This document shows, piece by piece, positions 62,564 to 64,000 of a stretch of 64,000 nt of DNA. The DNA comes from Nitrospinaceae bacterium. GTDB taxonomy: Bacteria > Nitrospinota > Nitrospinia > Nitrospinales > Nitrospinaceae. The notes beneath the pieces are model-generated. The model was not told the DNA's origin. It searched no databases and worked only from the letters and a program-made list of their open reading frames with translations. The stretch spans positions 2,112,001 to 2,176,000 of the forward strand of contig OZ245011.1 in assembly GCA_965223665.1 (NCBI GenBank). The letters are read 5' to 3'. Numbering within the stretch: the stretch's first letter is position 1; the number at the start of each line of letters is the position of its first letter. A program made the position numbers and the translations under genes.

Positions 62564-63046
62564 ATGAAACGAATCTTTATTACAATTATAATGGCTGTGG
62601 TTCTATACGGTGGGATTGCGGTGGAATGTGCGGTGGCGGCAGACCGGAACTACAAAATCGAAAACTGCAACCGCAAAAAAGTCTGGACGGAGGTTTTTGA
62701 TTATATTAATTGGAATAATCAGAATCTTAAAGTATTTATAGAAAAGAATATAAAACCTACCAAAGAGGATCCAAAATTAACTGAAGATGACTACAAGCAA
62801 ATTGAACAACTGGATAAAAATATTCAGTGGTTTGCATCTGAATGCGTTCTATTAATGAAGGAAATCAATGTTTTGATAAAGGCAGTACATGAAGTTGATC
62901 CAGAACAAACTTTTTATATTGCTAATATAATTGAAAAAAATCTAAATAAGGAACAAATTCCATCATTGTGGAACTCTAAAGGTGTAAATGATCTAGCGGT
63001 TTTCTCTTTTAACTTTGCTCCCTTTTCTCCGGAAAAAAATTTTTAA
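62564..63046 (+). CDS. ~160-aa exported protein family, copy 7
   Basis: Same motifs; 38-nt overlap with 63009. Confidence 0.85.
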   Translation: MKRIFITIIMAVVLYGGIAVECAVAADRNYKIENCNRKKVWTEVFDYINWNNQNLKVFIEKNIKPTKEDPKLTEDDYKQIEQLDKNIQWFASECVLLMKEINVLIKAVHEVDPEQTFYIANIIEKNLNKEQIPSLWNSKGVNDLAVFSFNFAPFSPEKNF

Positions 63047-64000
63047 TTAATCTTTTATAGTTTTCTGGTGCTGTCTCGATAACTAAATCTAGTTTTAATT
63101 TTGTTCCTTTTGCACTTCCTTCCACCTTTTTCTGAGCTTCACTCATTAATTTATCCCCAACCAAATAATGCATTAACGCAAAGCCCATTGGATTATCGGT
63201 TACATCCCTGTAAAAAAGTAAATAATAATTTACCAATAGCCACGTGGCTCCTGCAATATTTTTTCTCGGGTCCGTTAAAATATCATCTACCGAATAATTC
63301 AAACCACTTTCTTTAGCAATTATTTCAGCCTGCCTTCGTGTCAAGCCCATTACTCCCTGTGGAATTTGTTCGTCTCGGACTCCCCATTTTATACGGGAAG
63401 ATTCGTTGGCCATTTTTAAGAGTACAGTTTTCCATGGCCCAAGGTTCACTCCCGTATTGTCTTTATTGCGACTCAATCCTTCGTTGATGACTGCCGCCAC
63501 AGAATTCGCATCTCTCAAATCAAACTTGGCAGGTTGCGGCTGCGCCTTGTTTCCTCGCTGCGCGAACAGTTCCGGAGCGCGGCCTTGTTGTTTATCGCGG
63601 AGGATGTTATCGAGTAAACTTTCTACTTTCCGGACCGCCTTCTCGGAAACTTGTTTTCTTACATCCTTCAGAATCTCACTTTTACTCTGTTTCAATTGTT
63701 CTGCCGACATGCGAAAAGCGCTTTCTACCGGGAACGTTATGTTCTTCAACTGATTGCCGTCAATCATCACATAATCGTTCCGCGCAAACTTCCCCTGCTT
63801 TTCATCAAACACATCACGGAACCCGGCCCAGGCCGCTGCATCCAACTTCCCTATGATCACTTCCGAGTTCTGTTGTGTTCGTGGATCACCGGGATTCAAA
63901 TTACGCTGCTTTCCCTGCTCAATGAGCTTCTTAAGTTTCTGCGAAAATCCCTGACCGCGCACAATCCCCTGTGGAGTGTATGTTTCATCGATAACTTCGC
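63009..64000 (-). CDS. Ejection-protein-like gene with SLT-like tip (probably runs off the window)
   Basis: RDKQQGRAPELFAQ shared with 44393; MANESS..GVMGLT..NIAGATWLL. Confidence 0.75.
   Translation of the reverse strand, partial: EVIDETYTPQGIVRGQGFSQKLKKLIEQGKQRNLNPGDPRTQQNSEVIIGKLDAAAWAGFRDVFDEKQGKFARNDYVMIDGNQLKNITFPVESAFRMSAEQLKQSKSEILKDVRKQVSEKAVRKVESLLDNILRDKQQGRAPELFAQRGNKAQPQPAKFDLRDANSVAAVINEGLSRNKDNTGVNLGPWKTVLLKMANESSRIKWGVRDEQIPQGVMGLTRRQAEIIAKESGLNYSVDDILTDPRKNIAGATWLLVNYYLLFYRDVTDNPMGFALMHYLVGDKLMSEAQKKVEGSAKGTKLKLDLVIETAPENYKRLIKNFFPEKREQS

Noticed and set aside
1-64000. Taxonomic assignment and prophage att sites
   Set aside because: No marker genes, tRNA or integrase in the window to support either

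Overview
Bacterial chromosomal window with three zones. (1) 1-19.6 kb: exported and membrane proteins, including three DNRLRE-like/Gly-Asn repeat paralogs, TPR proteins paired with small proteins that share short G/N/D-rich motifs, a TPR/beta-barrel protein and a DUF900-type hydrolase. (2) 19.6-31 kb and 42.6-64 kb: a rearranged minus-strand podovirus structural gene set of BPP-1/epsilon15 type (portal, scaffold, major capsid, cement, tail tubular A/B, GNAT, tail fibre, internal virion/ejection proteins). No terminase, integrase or replication gene is visible in the window. The ejection proteins carry variable C-terminal tips. Lysozyme/SLT-like tips, whole or as orphan fragments, each face a ~160-aa signal-peptide protein, with an invariant 38-nt tail-to-tail overlap (7 intact copies plus 1 relic). 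A BECR/PBECR-like nuclease tip faces an array of five separately promoted ~125-nt structured RNAs with covarying stems and complementary loops, interleaved with relic 3' ends of other alleles of that gene. My best reading, which is inference, is a domesticated phage-particle polymorphic toxin system with protein immunity for the cell-wall tips and RNA immunity for the nuclease tip. (3) 31.4-42.6 kb: a sigma54 activator divergent from a 7-gene lipid-modification operon. All family assignments come from motif recognition by eye; no database searches were run.
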